The notes below the pieces were generated by a model. That model searched no databases. It had not been told where the DNA came from and saw nothing but the letters and a program-made list of their open reading frames with translations. Shown here piece by piece: positions 17,241-26,473 of a DNA stretch of 52,405 bases; the stretch's first letter is position 1; each line of letters begins with the position of its first letter. Source of the stretch: a virus (taxonomy: Duplodnaviria; Caudoviricetes); IMG/VR virus record IMGVR_UViG_3300034101_004390, positions 1 through 52,405 of that record. One strand, given 5' to 3'. The translations under genes were made by a program, and so were the position numbers.

Positions 17241-17816
17241 ATGGGTCAAACTACATTTACAGGTCCGGTTCAGTCGCTCAACGGCTTTATTTCGGGCACC
17301 GCAAACGATCCGATCGTTGTTGATACCGCTGGCAACATTTCCAGCGCTTACGCAACGGCGGAAAACACCACTGGCGACGTTCGTCTTCAGTATCAGCGTC
17401 TGACGGTTGCCAGCACGGGTTCGGGTGAAACCGGCCGTTGGCTGACCCGCGTCACGGGCGTTGGCGCTGCTACGGGCGGCACTGTGAACGGCGGCCACAT
17501 TTCGCTGTCGATCAACAGCCCGGGCACGGTTTCGGGCGCCGGCAACGCGCTCCGCGTGACCCTTGGCGGCACGTCGACCAACCCGGGCGGCACCCTTGCT
17601 GCGCTGCAGTTGGATTCGGACTTTGCTTCGGGCGGTACGTGGACGAATGCTTCGTACATCCGTTGCACCAACAGCGGCACGGGCACGATCGACACGTTCG
17701 CCGTGTTGCCGAACGCCATGATTGCCGTTGAGTCGGCTGCTGCCGTGTCGCACGTCATCCCGATCAAGAATGCTTCGGGCACGCCGTACTACATCATGGT
17801 GTCCAACGCTGCCTAA
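17241..17816 (+). CDS. Probable capsid decoration/spike protein (MxxTTFxGPV family)
   Basis: N-terminus MGQTTFTGPVQSLNGF; G/T/S/A-rich beta structure; GAGGT RBS. Confidence 0.7.
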   Translation: MGQTTFTGPVQSLNGFISGTANDPIVVDTAGNISSAYATAENTTGDVRLQYQRLTVASTGSGETGRWLTRVTGVGAATGGTVNGGHISLSINSPGTVSGAGNALRVTLGGTSTNPGGTLAALQLDSDFASGGTWTNASYIRCTNSGTGTIDTFAVLPNAMIAVESAAAVSHVIPIKNASGTPYYIMVSNAA

Positions 17817-18025
17817 TGGAAATCACTAAAGATTTTCTACAGGCAGAAATTGCGAAATTTGAGAGGCAGCGCGACCACGCACACGAAGTGGCCGTTGCCT
17901 CTCAAGCCGCAGTTGATGTCTTGAAGGCATTGGTCGAGAGGCTGAATCTTCCTCCGCCGACAGATTTGAAGTTCTCAGATCTGGGTTTGGAAGATCCAAT
18001 ACCCATCGAATCAATAAAAAATTAA
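17816..18025 (+). CDS. Small coiled-coil protein (possible chaperone of the preceding fibre-like protein)
   Basis: TAATG coupling; heptad pattern. Confidence 0.7.
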   Translation: MEITKDFLQAEIAKFERQRDHAHEVAVASQAAVDVLKALVERLNLPPPTDLKFSDLGLEDPIPIESIKN

Positions 18026-18034
18026 GTATCACTG

Positions 18035-18062
18035 TTGACATTAATTGTCAGCGGTATACAGT
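18035..18062 (+). promoter_or_regulatory. Sigma70-like promoter TTGACA-N16-TACAGT for capsid operon, with TGACA-N5-TGTCA inverted repeat
   Basis: Read directly in AT-rich intergenic DNA. Confidence 0.65.
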
Positions 18063-18157
18063 GGAAACAACCCCTCCCCCGGTGGGAGGGTAGTTTTATA
18101 CCGGTCTAAGTCGCCCCGGCGTGCGATGATGGCCTCCTCTGAAAAGGAGAACCCGTC

Positions 18158-18754
18158 ATGGCGAACAATAATGCGCCTTTCGGATTTCGTCAGTACAGGG
18201 GCACCGGTTCTGCGCCTACGTATGAACAGGTTGCTACCTTTTGCGCTTATGACACGGCTGCCATGTATTACGGAGACCCGGTCTTCCGCAATACGACCAC
18301 TGGCGGCATTTACCCGACCACTCCCGGTGCTGGCATCCTCGCTGGCGTCTTCTACGGTTGCAAATACCTGAGCGTTTCGCAGAAGCGCACTGTGTGGAGC
18401 AACTTCTGGGGCGCTGCGGACGTTGCTTCCGGTAACCTTGTTGAGTGCTACGTCGTCAACGACCCCAACGCGCAGTTCCTCGCGCAGGTTGGCGGTTCGA
18501 CGTCCGTTGGCGCTGTTGTTGGTCAGATCGGTGCGAACGTTCAGTTTGCGTACGGCACCCCGTCGACTGCCTCTGGCATCTCGGGCGCGTATGTGGACAT
18601 CAGCGTCACGCCGACCACCACGGCTACGCTCCCGTTCAAGTTGGTTGCTCTCGTTACTCAGCCCCCGGGTGCTAACGGCACCGAGGCTGGTGCGTACAAC
18701 CAAGTGATCGTGGCGTTCAACAACGTCGAAACCAAGACCCTCACGGGCGTTTGA
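18158..18754 (+). CDS. Capsid cement/minor capsid protein
   Basis: MANxNAPFGF N-terminus, AGVFxGCxY, VxDP motifs; immediately upstream of MCP. Confidence 0.75.
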   Translation: MANNNAPFGFRQYRGTGSAPTYEQVATFCAYDTAAMYYGDPVFRNTTTGGIYPTTPGAGILAGVFYGCKYLSVSQKRTVWSNFWGAADVASGNLVECYVVNDPNAQFLAQVGGSTSVGAVVGQIGANVQFAYGTPSTASGISGAYVDISVTPTTTATLPFKLVALVTQPPGANGTEAGAYNQVIVAFNNVETKTLTGV

Positions 18755-18769
18755 TAGGAGTAAGGTAAA

Positions 18770-19681
18770 ATGGCTGTCAATCTTTCAGCGATTAAAGACC
18801 TTCTCCTCCCCGGACTCCGTGGGGTAGAAGGCAAGTACGAGATGATCCCATCTCAGTACGACAAGATCTTCACTAAGCATGATTCGAAACTCGCCCTTGA
18901 GCGTACCGCCGAAATGCGTTACCTCGGGTTGGCGCAGTTGAAGACGGAAGGCGGTCAAACGTCTTTCGACAACAATGCTGGTGAGCGTTATGTGTACAAC
19001 CAAGAGCACAACGAAATTGCGCTCGGTTACGCGATCACCCGCAAGGCGATCGACGATAACCTGTACAAGACGCAGTTCCATCCGTCGAACCTCGGTCTGA
19101 TCGAGTCTTTCCAGCAGACCAAGGAAATCTACGGCGCGAACATCCTGAACACTGCTACCACCTACAATGCCAACATTGGCGGTGACGGCGTGTCCTTGAT
19201 CTCAACCCTGCACCCGATTGACGGTGGCACGGTTGCGAACCGTCCGGCGGTCGACGTTGAACTCAACGAAGCGACCCTGCTGAACGCGATGATCGCGATT
19301 CGTACTAACTTCAAGGATCAGGCTGGCCTTAAGGTCTTTGCCCGTGGTCGCAAGTTGGTCGTTCCGCCGGCTCTTGAGCCGACGGCCATTCGCCTCACGA
19401 AGACTGAACTCCGTCCGGGTTCCGCTGACAACGATGTCAACGCGATCCTCACGACGGCTGGCGGTCTGCCGGAAGGCTACATGGTCAACGACTTCTTGAC
19501 CTCCGCTTCGGCGTGGTTCCTTTTGACCAACATCGACGGTCTGTCGTACATGGAACGCGTTAAGTTCGAGACCGACATGCAGGTTGACTTCGTCACTGAC
19601 AACCTGCTCGTCAAGGGTTACGAGCGCTACTCGTTCGGGTACTACAACTGGCGTTCGATCTTCGGATCGTTCCCGTCCTAA
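18770..19681 (+). CDS. Major capsid protein (Mu gpT-like, HK97 fold)
   Basis: 303 aa; LLPGL, ALGYAITRKAIDDNLY, GGDGVSLxSTxHP, ERYSFG motifs; strongly biased codons. Confidence 0.92.
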   Translation: MAVNLSAIKDLLLPGLRGVEGKYEMIPSQYDKIFTKHDSKLALERTAEMRYLGLAQLKTEGGQTSFDNNAGERYVYNQEHNEIALGYAITRKAIDDNLYKTQFHPSNLGLIESFQQTKEIYGANILNTATTYNANIGGDGVSLISTLHPIDGGTVANRPAVDVELNEATLLNAMIAIRTNFKDQAGLKVFARGRKLVVPPALEPTAIRLTKTELRPGSADNDVNAILTTAGGLPEGYMVNDFLTSASAWFLLTNIDGLSYMERVKFETDMQVDFVTDNLLVKGYERYSFGYYNWRSIFGSFPS

Positions 19682-19698
19682 TCCTAGGAGTACACGAA

Positions 19699-19992
19699 AT
19701 GAAAGGCAGAAAGCATCGCGCCACTGGTGGCGTGAATCAGGCCGCAGAGGATCTTGACCGCAAGAACCTGCGCTATACGTATCAGAGCAACGTCAATGAC
19801 GAAGCCGAAGAGCGTAAGCGTGGTGGTAAGGTTGCCAAGAAGCACGTCGGCAAAATGCATGGCGGAATGTCCAAAATGCATGCCGGCCGCAAGCCTCGCA
19901 AGTCGGGCGGCAGTTGCGAAAGCAGCCCGTTCTCGTCTGCCCGCCGCGGAACGACCCCCAAAGGTCGCACCGTCGACGGCAGCCTTGACTGA
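19699..19992 (+). CDS. Small basic protein with three RxxGG motifs
   Basis: AGGAG RBS; RATGG, RKRGG, RKSGG. Confidence 0.8.
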   Translation: MKGRKHRATGGVNQAAEDLDRKNLRYTYQSNVNDEAEERKRGGKVAKKHVGKMHGGMSKMHAGRKPRKSGGSCESSPFSSARRGTTPKGRTVDGSLD

Positions 19993-20008
19993 TCTCGGCT
20001 GATACGGC

Positions 20009-20042
20009 AAAAAAAGACGGGGGCCTCTGTGCCCCCGTTTTT
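20009..20042. terminator. Bidirectional intrinsic terminator
   Basis: A7, ACGGGGGC/GCCCCCGT stem, T-run. Confidence 0.85.
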
Positions 20043-20057
20043 CCTTGAGGAACCTGT

Positions 20058-20327
20058 ATGACGGCAGCGTGGCAAAAGAAAGAGGGTAAATCCCCCTCTG
20101 GCGGCCTGAACGAAAAGGGGCGCGCGTCGCTCCGTGCTGAAGGTCAAAACATTAAGCGTCCTGTAACGGCTGGCGAGGCAAAGAAAAGCCCTGCTGCCGC
20201 AGCCCGACGCGACAATTTTAGGAGTCGGATGTGCGGCATGAAGGAAAAACTCACTTCAGCCAAAACTGCGCACGATCCGAATAGCAGAATCAATTTGGCG
20301 CTAAAACGTTGGGACGTGAAGTGCTAA
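20058..20327 (+). CDS. Small basic conserved phage protein (AWQxKEGKxPxGGLNxKGR...SRINxAL..W.C)
   Basis: Motif common in aquatic phage structural modules; GAGG RBS. Confidence 0.8.
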   Translation: MTAAWQKKEGKSPSGGLNEKGRASLRAEGQNIKRPVTAGEAKKSPAAAARRDNFRSRMCGMKEKLTSAKTAHDPNSRINLALKRWDVKC

Positions 20328-20363
20328 CATCAAAATAGCGCGTAACCGAAAGGGATAAATGTC

Positions 20364-21014
20364 ATGCAGACAAAACAAGTTACAGTGGGGCCGATTGCTG
20401 CAGCCGATGCTGACGGCATTTGCGCTTCGCAGACGCCAACCGCTGGCGCTCTTTTGATCAACGGCGCGCTCGCTTCGGGCGGCTCCGTCACTCTCGATGT
20501 TCAGCGCCGAGTGCTTATCACGGCCGCGGGCGACGAGAGCGCCACGTCGTTTACGATCACTGGCACGAACTGGCAGGGCAATTCGATCAGCGAAGTTGTC
20601 CCGGGTCCGAACGCAACGACCGCTTCGACCGTCATTAGTTTCAAGACTGTCACCTCCGTTACGATCGCCAACAACGCTGTTGGCGCAGTGACCGTGGGCA
20701 CGAATGGCGTGGCTGACTCGCCGTGGGTCCGCTTTGATGACTGGGCGCCGAACTACATTTCGGTCAATTGCTCGACTGACGGCACGGTGAACTACAGCGT
20801 GCAGACGTCGCTCGACGACCCGAACAACATCGCAAGCCCGGTTCCGGCCGGGCAGATGACGTGGCTCGATGCTCTGGATGCAAACTTGGTATCCGAGAGC
20901 GCCGATAAGAGCGGCGGCATCCAATATGCTCCGACTTTTGCGCGTGTAGTGCTGAATAGCGGTACGGGTTCCGTTCGCGGAGTGTTCCTGCAATCGAGCA
21001 ACGTGCCGAAGTAA
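20364..21014 (+). CDS. Virion structural protein (beta-rich)
   Basis: T/A/G/S/V-rich; FTITGT...SEVV.GPNA.T motif; structural module. Confidence 0.7.
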   Translation: MQTKQVTVGPIAAADADGICASQTPTAGALLINGALASGGSVTLDVQRRVLITAAGDESATSFTITGTNWQGNSISEVVPGPNATTASTVISFKTVTSVTIANNAVGAVTVGTNGVADSPWVRFDDWAPNYISVNCSTDGTVNYSVQTSLDDPNNIASPVPAGQMTWLDALDANLVSESADKSGGIQYAPTFARVVLNSGTGSVRGVFLQSSNVPK

Positions 21015-21035
21015 AACGCCCGACGGGGGAATTTT

Positions 21036-21725
21036 ATGGCGACAAGCGGAACGTACGCGTACAACCCGTCGCTGGGCGAGATTACGCTTTACGCCTTCAA
21101 TCTGTGCGGTATTCGCAATACCGCGCTGCTGCAAGAGCACATGGAGTCGGCACGCATGTCGGCAAACATGCTGCTTGGCCGTTGGAGCAGTCAGGGCGTC
21201 AATCTCTGGTGCGTGGATCTTGAGACGATTCCGCTTGTTCAGGGCACTGCTACGTACTCTGTCCCGTCAAATACGGTTGTTATGCTTGATGCATACATCG
21301 TGCAAAACACGGGTGGCGCGGCTATTAATAGGCTGATACTGCCTATTTCTCGCTCAGAATATGCGTCATATCCGAACCCGGAGCAGCAGGGATTCCCGAC
21401 AACGTACTGGTTTGACCGCCTGCTGTCGCCAACCGTAACCCTTTGGCCGGTGCCAGATGGTGGCGAAACGTCGCTCAATTACTATCGCGTCCGGCAAATT
21501 CAAGACAGCAATTTTACGAACGGCCAGCAGGTTGAGATCCCGTATTACTTCATGGAGGCCTTTGCTTTTGGCCTTGCGCAGCGCCTTGCGATGATCTGGG
21601 CGCCGGATAAAGTGGCCATGCTCAAGCCGCTGGCAGATGAGTCGTATGACATTGCCTCTCGCCAGAACGTCGAGACTGCGCAGCAATACATTTCGCCCAT
21701 GGTATCGAGTTACTTTAGGCCGTAA
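21036..21725 (+). CDS. Head-tail adaptor-like protein
   Basis: MATSGTY N-terminus; W..QGVNLW, ISRSEY..YPN, GxPxxYWFDR, LWPVPD motifs. Confidence 0.75.
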   Translation: MATSGTYAYNPSLGEITLYAFNLCGIRNTALLQEHMESARMSANMLLGRWSSQGVNLWCVDLETIPLVQGTATYSVPSNTVVMLDAYIVQNTGGAAINRLILPISRSEYASYPNPEQQGFPTTYWFDRLLSPTVTLWPVPDGGETSLNYYRVRQIQDSNFTNGQQVEIPYYFMEAFAFGLAQRLAMIWAPDKVAMLKPLADESYDIASRQNVETAQQYISPMVSSYFRP

Positions 21726-21728
21726 TGC

Positions 21729-22463
21729 ATGTCCTACGCATCGCAGTCCGGCCGGGCCAAAACTAGCGCAACAAACCCGCAGGCACATGCGATATGTGAT
21801 CGGTGTGGTTTTCGCTATAACCATGCCGAACTGAAATGGCAGTACGACTGGCGCGGCGCCATGATCCAGAACATCAGGATTCTGGTTTGCGACACCTGCC
21901 TCGACACCCCGCAAGAGCAGTTGCGCTCGATCGTGGTTCCCGCGGACCCGACCCCGATCGTTAACGCTCGCGTGCAGGACTTTGAGACTGCCGAAACGAA
22001 CTATCAGACTGTATCTGCGCCACCCACGATCGACCCGCAAACCGGCATTCCAATTCCGGGGAATACGACGCTAGTCACGCAGAACGGCCAGCAACTTACT
22101 ACGCAGCCGTACGGGCCGCCTGTGGGCCTTACTCAACCGGCAGTGATGCCGCTGAAGGGTACGACGCAGTACGCTGTAAAACTGCCTGCGTTGTCCGTAT
22201 CGGCCAACGGAACTACCGTCATTACGGTGACGTGCTCGTCGCCTCACGGTTTAACGACAAACGATCAAATTTCTGTTGAGGGCGTGACGAGTGTCAAAGC
22301 GTGTGGTTTCTATAGCGTCACAGTGACGACAGCCACAGCATTTACGTATGAGACGGCACAGGTTATTCCTGCGGGCGCCCTTTTAACGCCCACAACCCGT
22401 ATTATCACGGCATCGGTTGGTCTGCCCTACGGGTACACCCAGATACCTCAAGTTGGAACTTAG
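21729..22463 (+). CDS. Zn-ribbon protein (CDRCG...VCxxCxD) with C-terminal beta domain (HGL..ND.I.V)
   Basis: Four-Cys motif; C-terminal segment resembles beta-barrel repeats also inserted in 28916..30997. Confidence 0.75.
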   Translation: MSYASQSGRAKTSATNPQAHAICDRCGFRYNHAELKWQYDWRGAMIQNIRILVCDTCLDTPQEQLRSIVVPADPTPIVNARVQDFETAETNYQTVSAPPTIDPQTGIPIPGNTTLVTQNGQQLTTQPYGPPVGLTQPAVMPLKGTTQYAVKLPALSVSANGTTVITVTCSSPHGLTTNDQISVEGVTSVKACGFYSVTVTTATAFTYETAQVIPAGALLTPTTRIITASVGLPYGYTQIPQVGT

Positions 22464-22466
22464 GCG

Positions 22467-25400
22467 ATGGCAAATACAACGATCCCAAATCTTCCGGCAG
22501 CAACCAGTCTCGACGGCACCGAGCAACTTGAGGTCGTCCAAAATGGCACGTCTAAGCGTGTCACGGCCGATCAGATTGCTGCTCTTGCTGAGAACACGCA
22601 GGGTACTGTTACCCAAATCGATACTGGCGGCGCCCTTGTTGGCGGCCCGATTACGACGACTGGCACGATTAGCCTGCCACCAGATGCCGTTACGAACGTG
22701 TATCTGGCCGAAATGCCGGCTAACACGCTCAAGGCAAACATTACTGGGTTGACGGCGAACCCGACTGACGTGACCCCTAGTCAGTTGCTGGATACCTTCA
22801 GTTCGGCTGAAGGCGCGATGCTGTATCGCGGAGTTTCTGGTTGGCAGGAGTTGGCTCCCGGCTCCAACAACCAGTACATGTACACGAACGGCAACAATCC
22901 GCAGTGGGTTACGTTGGCAATCAGCCCGGGCGATATTGGCCCTAGCGGCGTCACCCCGGGATCATACGGAAGCCCGTCAGAAACCATCACTTTTACAGTT
23001 ATTTCTGGCGGCCTGCTGACTACAGCGGCTGCTGTTCCGATTGCGATTTCCACATCTCAGATTACCGGTCTCGGCACGATGGCGACGCAAAACGCCAACA
23101 ACGTTGCCATTACTGGTGGAAACATCAATGGAACGATCATTGGTGCATCGACCCCGGCACAGGCCTATTTCACGACCATTTCTGGCGGTGCGTGGCAGGG
23201 AACCACGATTGGAATTGCGTATGGCGGCACTGGAGCCACGACCGCGGCAGGCGCTCGCACCAATCTCGGGCTTGGCACGATGGCAACGCAAGATGCCAAC
23301 AACGTTGCCATCACTGGCGGCTCAATCAATAACACTTCGATTGGCGCTACCACCCCGCAGGGCGGCTCGTTTACGACGCTCAGCGCAAGCAGCACCGCAT
23401 CGTTTGGAACGATTACGTCTGGCACATGGAACGGTAGTGCTATTGGCGTTGCATATGGTGGCACTGGCGCGACTGACGCGGCCACCGCGCGCACGAATTT
23501 AGGCGCTGCGGCCAGTGGTGCAAACTCAGATATCACTAGCCTTACTGGTTTGACGACGCCTCTTTCGGCCCCGCAAGGCGGCACCGGGTTCTCGTCATAC
23601 ACAACCGGTGACTTGGTTTACGCCCCAACATCAAACTCGCTTGGCAGATTGAACGACGTTGCAACTGGCAACGCTTTGCTGTCTGGCGGCGTTGGTGTCG
23701 CGCCTTTCTACGGCAAAGTCGGCCTGACTACGCACGTCACCGGCACTCTGCCTGTTGATAACGGCGGTACGGGCGCTACGTCTTTAACGGGTTACGTTAA
23801 AGGAAACGGCACTAGCGCATTCACTGCGGTAACAACGATTCCAAATTCTGATCTGCAAAACAGCAGCGTCACGATTGGTTCGACGACAGTTGCCCTAGGT
23901 GCATCAACCTCAACGCTGGCTGGGCTGACGACCGTTACGTTGACGCAAGATCCGTCTACGGCGCTTGAAGCATCAACCAAGCAGTACGTCGACAATCAGG
24001 TCGCTTCTGTTTCCAACCTGACGTATCACACGCAGGTTACGTCGGCGACGACTGCGAACCTCAACGCCACGTACAGCAACGGTGTTGGCGGTGTCGGGGC
24101 GACGCTTACAAATGCCGGCGCGTTTGCTCAGTTCCAAATCGACTCTTACACCCCGGGTTCACTCGCTCGCGTTCTTGTCAAAAACCAGACGAACGCATAC
24201 GAGAACGGAATTTATGAGGTAACGACTCAGGGTGACGGCGTCTCTGTACTGTGGGTCCTGACTCGTACTTCAGACTTCAACACCGTTGGATCTGGTCCGA
24301 CCAGAATTCAAACCGGCGCCTCTGTGTTTGTTCAGTTTGGAACGAACAATGGCTCCACTAGTTGGGTGATGACGTCGGTGCCGCCGATTACGGTTGGCTC
24401 GACAAACCTCAACTGGACCCAGACATCTTCGTCGGGAAACATCCTTGTTGACGCGCCTCTCATAAAGACGGGCAACACGCTCAGCCTTGGCACCGTCAAT
24501 GTGCCGTTTGGTGGAACAGGAATTACGTCCTACACAATCGGCGATCTTTTGTATGCCGATAGTTCAACGTCGCTCGCAAAACTGGCAGACGTTGCGACTG
24601 GAAATGTGCTGCGCTCTGGCGGAGTTGGCGTTGCCCCGGCTTGGGGTAAGGTTGATCTAACCACTGATGTTAGCGGCACTCTTCCTGTCGCTAACGGAGG
24701 CTCAGGAACATCAACGGCCTTTACGCAAGGCTCGGTGTTGTTTGCCGGCGCTTCAGGCGTTTACTCGCAAAACAATTCCAAGTTCTTTTGGAATAACACT
24801 GATTTCAGGCTTGGATTAAATACGGCATCTCCGACGACCGTATTGACCATTCTTTCTCCGACCCAAACTGCGCTGCCGCCCGGCGTGCTGCCATCGGGAA
24901 CGGATATTCATATTGTTGGCGCCAACAATGCGGAAACCCGCATTACGCAAGACTCATTTGGTACTGGCAATTACCCCGTCTATACCGGTCGAGCCGCTCG
25001 CGGGACTGCCGCATCGCCGACAGCGCTTCAGTCTGGCGACATCCTCACTCAGTACACTGGTCGCGGATATGGTGCTACAGGCTACAACAGCGCCTCGACT
25101 GGCGTATTTGAGTTCATCGCCGCTGAGAATTTTTCAGATACCGCTCAAGGCACGTATGCCTCTGTGCGCCTTACGGCAACTGGCGGCGCATCGCCTGCTG
25201 AGGTTTTCCGTATTGGGCCTATTGGTCAGGTCGGCGTAGGCGGATCTAACTACGGCACCGCAAACCAACTGTTGACGTCAAACGGAATTAACGCCGCTCC
25301 GTCATGGCAGTCCGGTATTTCGGTCACGACGATAACTGCGTCTAGCACCGTTACGTTGACGGCACTGACGGCGTCTAAAGTTGTCTTCACTGACGCGTCA

Positions 25401-26078
25401 GACAATTTGACTTCAACAGGAACGGTAGCGACCGATCAGGGCGGTACTGGTCTGACGTCTTATACGGCCGGCGATTTGCCTTATTACGCGACCGGCACGG
25501 CCTTATCCAAACTGGGTATTGGCGCCAACGACACCATCCTGACGTCGACCGGCTCAGCACCTCAGTGGAGCACTGCCAGCACAATTTCTGTTGGCACGGC
25601 GACTAACATTGCCGGTGGCGCAGGCGGCTCTGTTCCTTATCAGTCTGCATCGTCAACCACGACTTTCCTGTCGATTGGCGCAGCCAACACGGTAATGACG
25701 TCAAGCGGATCTGCGCCTCAGTGGGTCACGTCTTTGACCGGACTGACCGGGGTGTCGTCGTCCAGCATCACAAATACCAGCCTGACTGCGACCCGCGTGG
25801 TTTTCAGCACTACGGGGGGTGCGCAGACTGATTCAGCAGATTTGACGTTTAGCAGTAATATTCTCACTTTGAAGAGTACGCTGAGGCTTTCAGGCTCTAC
25901 TTCTGGCTATGTCGGATTGTCGCCCGCGGCAGCAGCCGGATCGACCACGTATACATTACCTTCGGCGGATGGAACAACCGGCCAGTTCCTTTCAACTAAT
26001 GGAAGCGGTACATTATCGTGGTCATCGGCCGGCGGCGGCGCACAGGACTACATCGTTCAGTCTTACGGAATTGTTTGA
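22467..26078 (+). CDS. Long tail fibre protein with internal repeats
   Basis: G/T/S/A-rich; duplicated GLGTMATQxANNVAITGG, AYGGTGATxAxxARTNLG and YTxGDLxYA...DVATGN...GGVGVAP...TLPVxNGG blocks. Confidence 0.88.
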   Translation: MANTTIPNLPAATSLDGTEQLEVVQNGTSKRVTADQIAALAENTQGTVTQIDTGGALVGGPITTTGTISLPPDAVTNVYLAEMPANTLKANITGLTANPTDVTPSQLLDTFSSAEGAMLYRGVSGWQELAPGSNNQYMYTNGNNPQWVTLAISPGDIGPSGVTPGSYGSPSETITFTVISGGLLTTAAAVPIAISTSQITGLGTMATQNANNVAITGGNINGTIIGASTPAQAYFTTISGGAWQGTTIGIAYGGTGATTAAGARTNLGLGTMATQDANNVAITGGSINNTSIGATTPQGGSFTTLSASSTASFGTITSGTWNGSAIGVAYGGTGATDAATARTNLGAAASGANSDITSLTGLTTPLSAPQGGTGFSSYTTGDLVYAPTSNSLGRLNDVATGNALLSGGVGVAPFYGKVGLTTHVTGTLPVDNGGTGATSLTGYVKGNGTSAFTAVTTIPNSDLQNSSVTIGSTTVALGASTSTLAGLTTVTLTQDPSTALEASTKQYVDNQVASVSNLTYHTQVTSATTANLNATYSNGVGGVGATLTNAGAFAQFQIDSYTPGSLARVLVKNQTNAYENGIYEVTTQGDGVSVLWVLTRTSDFNTVGSGPTRIQTGASVFVQFGTNNGSTSWVMTSVPPITVGSTNLNWTQTSSSGNILVDAPLIKTGNTLSLGTVNVPFGGTGITSYTIGDLLYADSSTSLAKLADVATGNVLRSGGVGVAPAWGKVDLTTDVSGTLPVANGGSGTSTAFTQGSVLFAGASGVYSQNNSKFFWNNTDFRLGLNTASPTTVLTILSPTQTALPPGVLPSGTDIHIVGANNAETRITQDSFGTGNYPVYTGRAARGTAASPTALQSGDILTQYTGRGYGATGYNSASTGVFEFIAAENFSDTAQGTYASVRLTATGGASPAEVFRIGPIGQVGVGGSNYGTANQLLTSNGINAAPSWQSGISVTTITASSTVTLTALTASKVVFTDASDNLTSTGTVATDQGGTGLTSYTAGDLPYYATGTALSKLGIGANDTILTSTGSAPQWSTASTISVGTATNIAGGAGGSVPYQSASSTTTFLSIGAANTVMTSSGSAPQWVTSLTGLTGVSSSSITNTSLTATRVVFSTTGGAQTDSADLTFSSNILTLKSTLRLSGSTSGYVGLSPAAAAGSTTYTLPSADGTTGQFLSTNGSGTLSWSSAGGGAQDYIVQSYGIV

Positions 26079-26089
26079 GGTAATTACAC

Positions 26090-26473
26090 ATGGCTACTAC
26101 AGCACAATACGCATCAACCGTCCAAAATGCCTCGGCGCAAGTTACGACGGCTAACACCAACCGAAACGGCACCGGCACGATTGTTAGCGTCATCACCGGA
26201 GCCACAAACGGCACCCGTGTAGACGATATTTACATCGTCGCAACTGGAACCACTACGGCAGGCGTTGTTCGTCTTTTTATTAGCGACGGCAGTAACATCC
26301 GCTTGTGGCAGGAAATTCTAGTATCGGCCGTGACGCCTAGCACCACGGTGCAGGTATGGTCATACACGCTCCTCAATCAGGCTCTGCTGCTTGAGAACGG
26401 CTGGTCGTTGCAGGCGTCAACCAACAATGCCGAAACGTTCAACATTCTCGTAACTCGCGCGGGTGACTTCTAA
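26090..26473 (+). CDS. Small beta-sandwich tail-fibre tip adaptor
   Basis: Between fibre and Gly-rich protein; GAGGT RBS; beta-strand pattern resembling 30997..31425. Confidence 0.65.
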   Translation: MATTAQYASTVQNASAQVTTANTNRNGTGTIVSVITGATNGTRVDDIYIVATGTTTAGVVRLFISDGSNIRLWQEILVSAVTPSTTVQVWSYTLLNQALLLENGWSLQASTNNAETFNILVTRAGDF

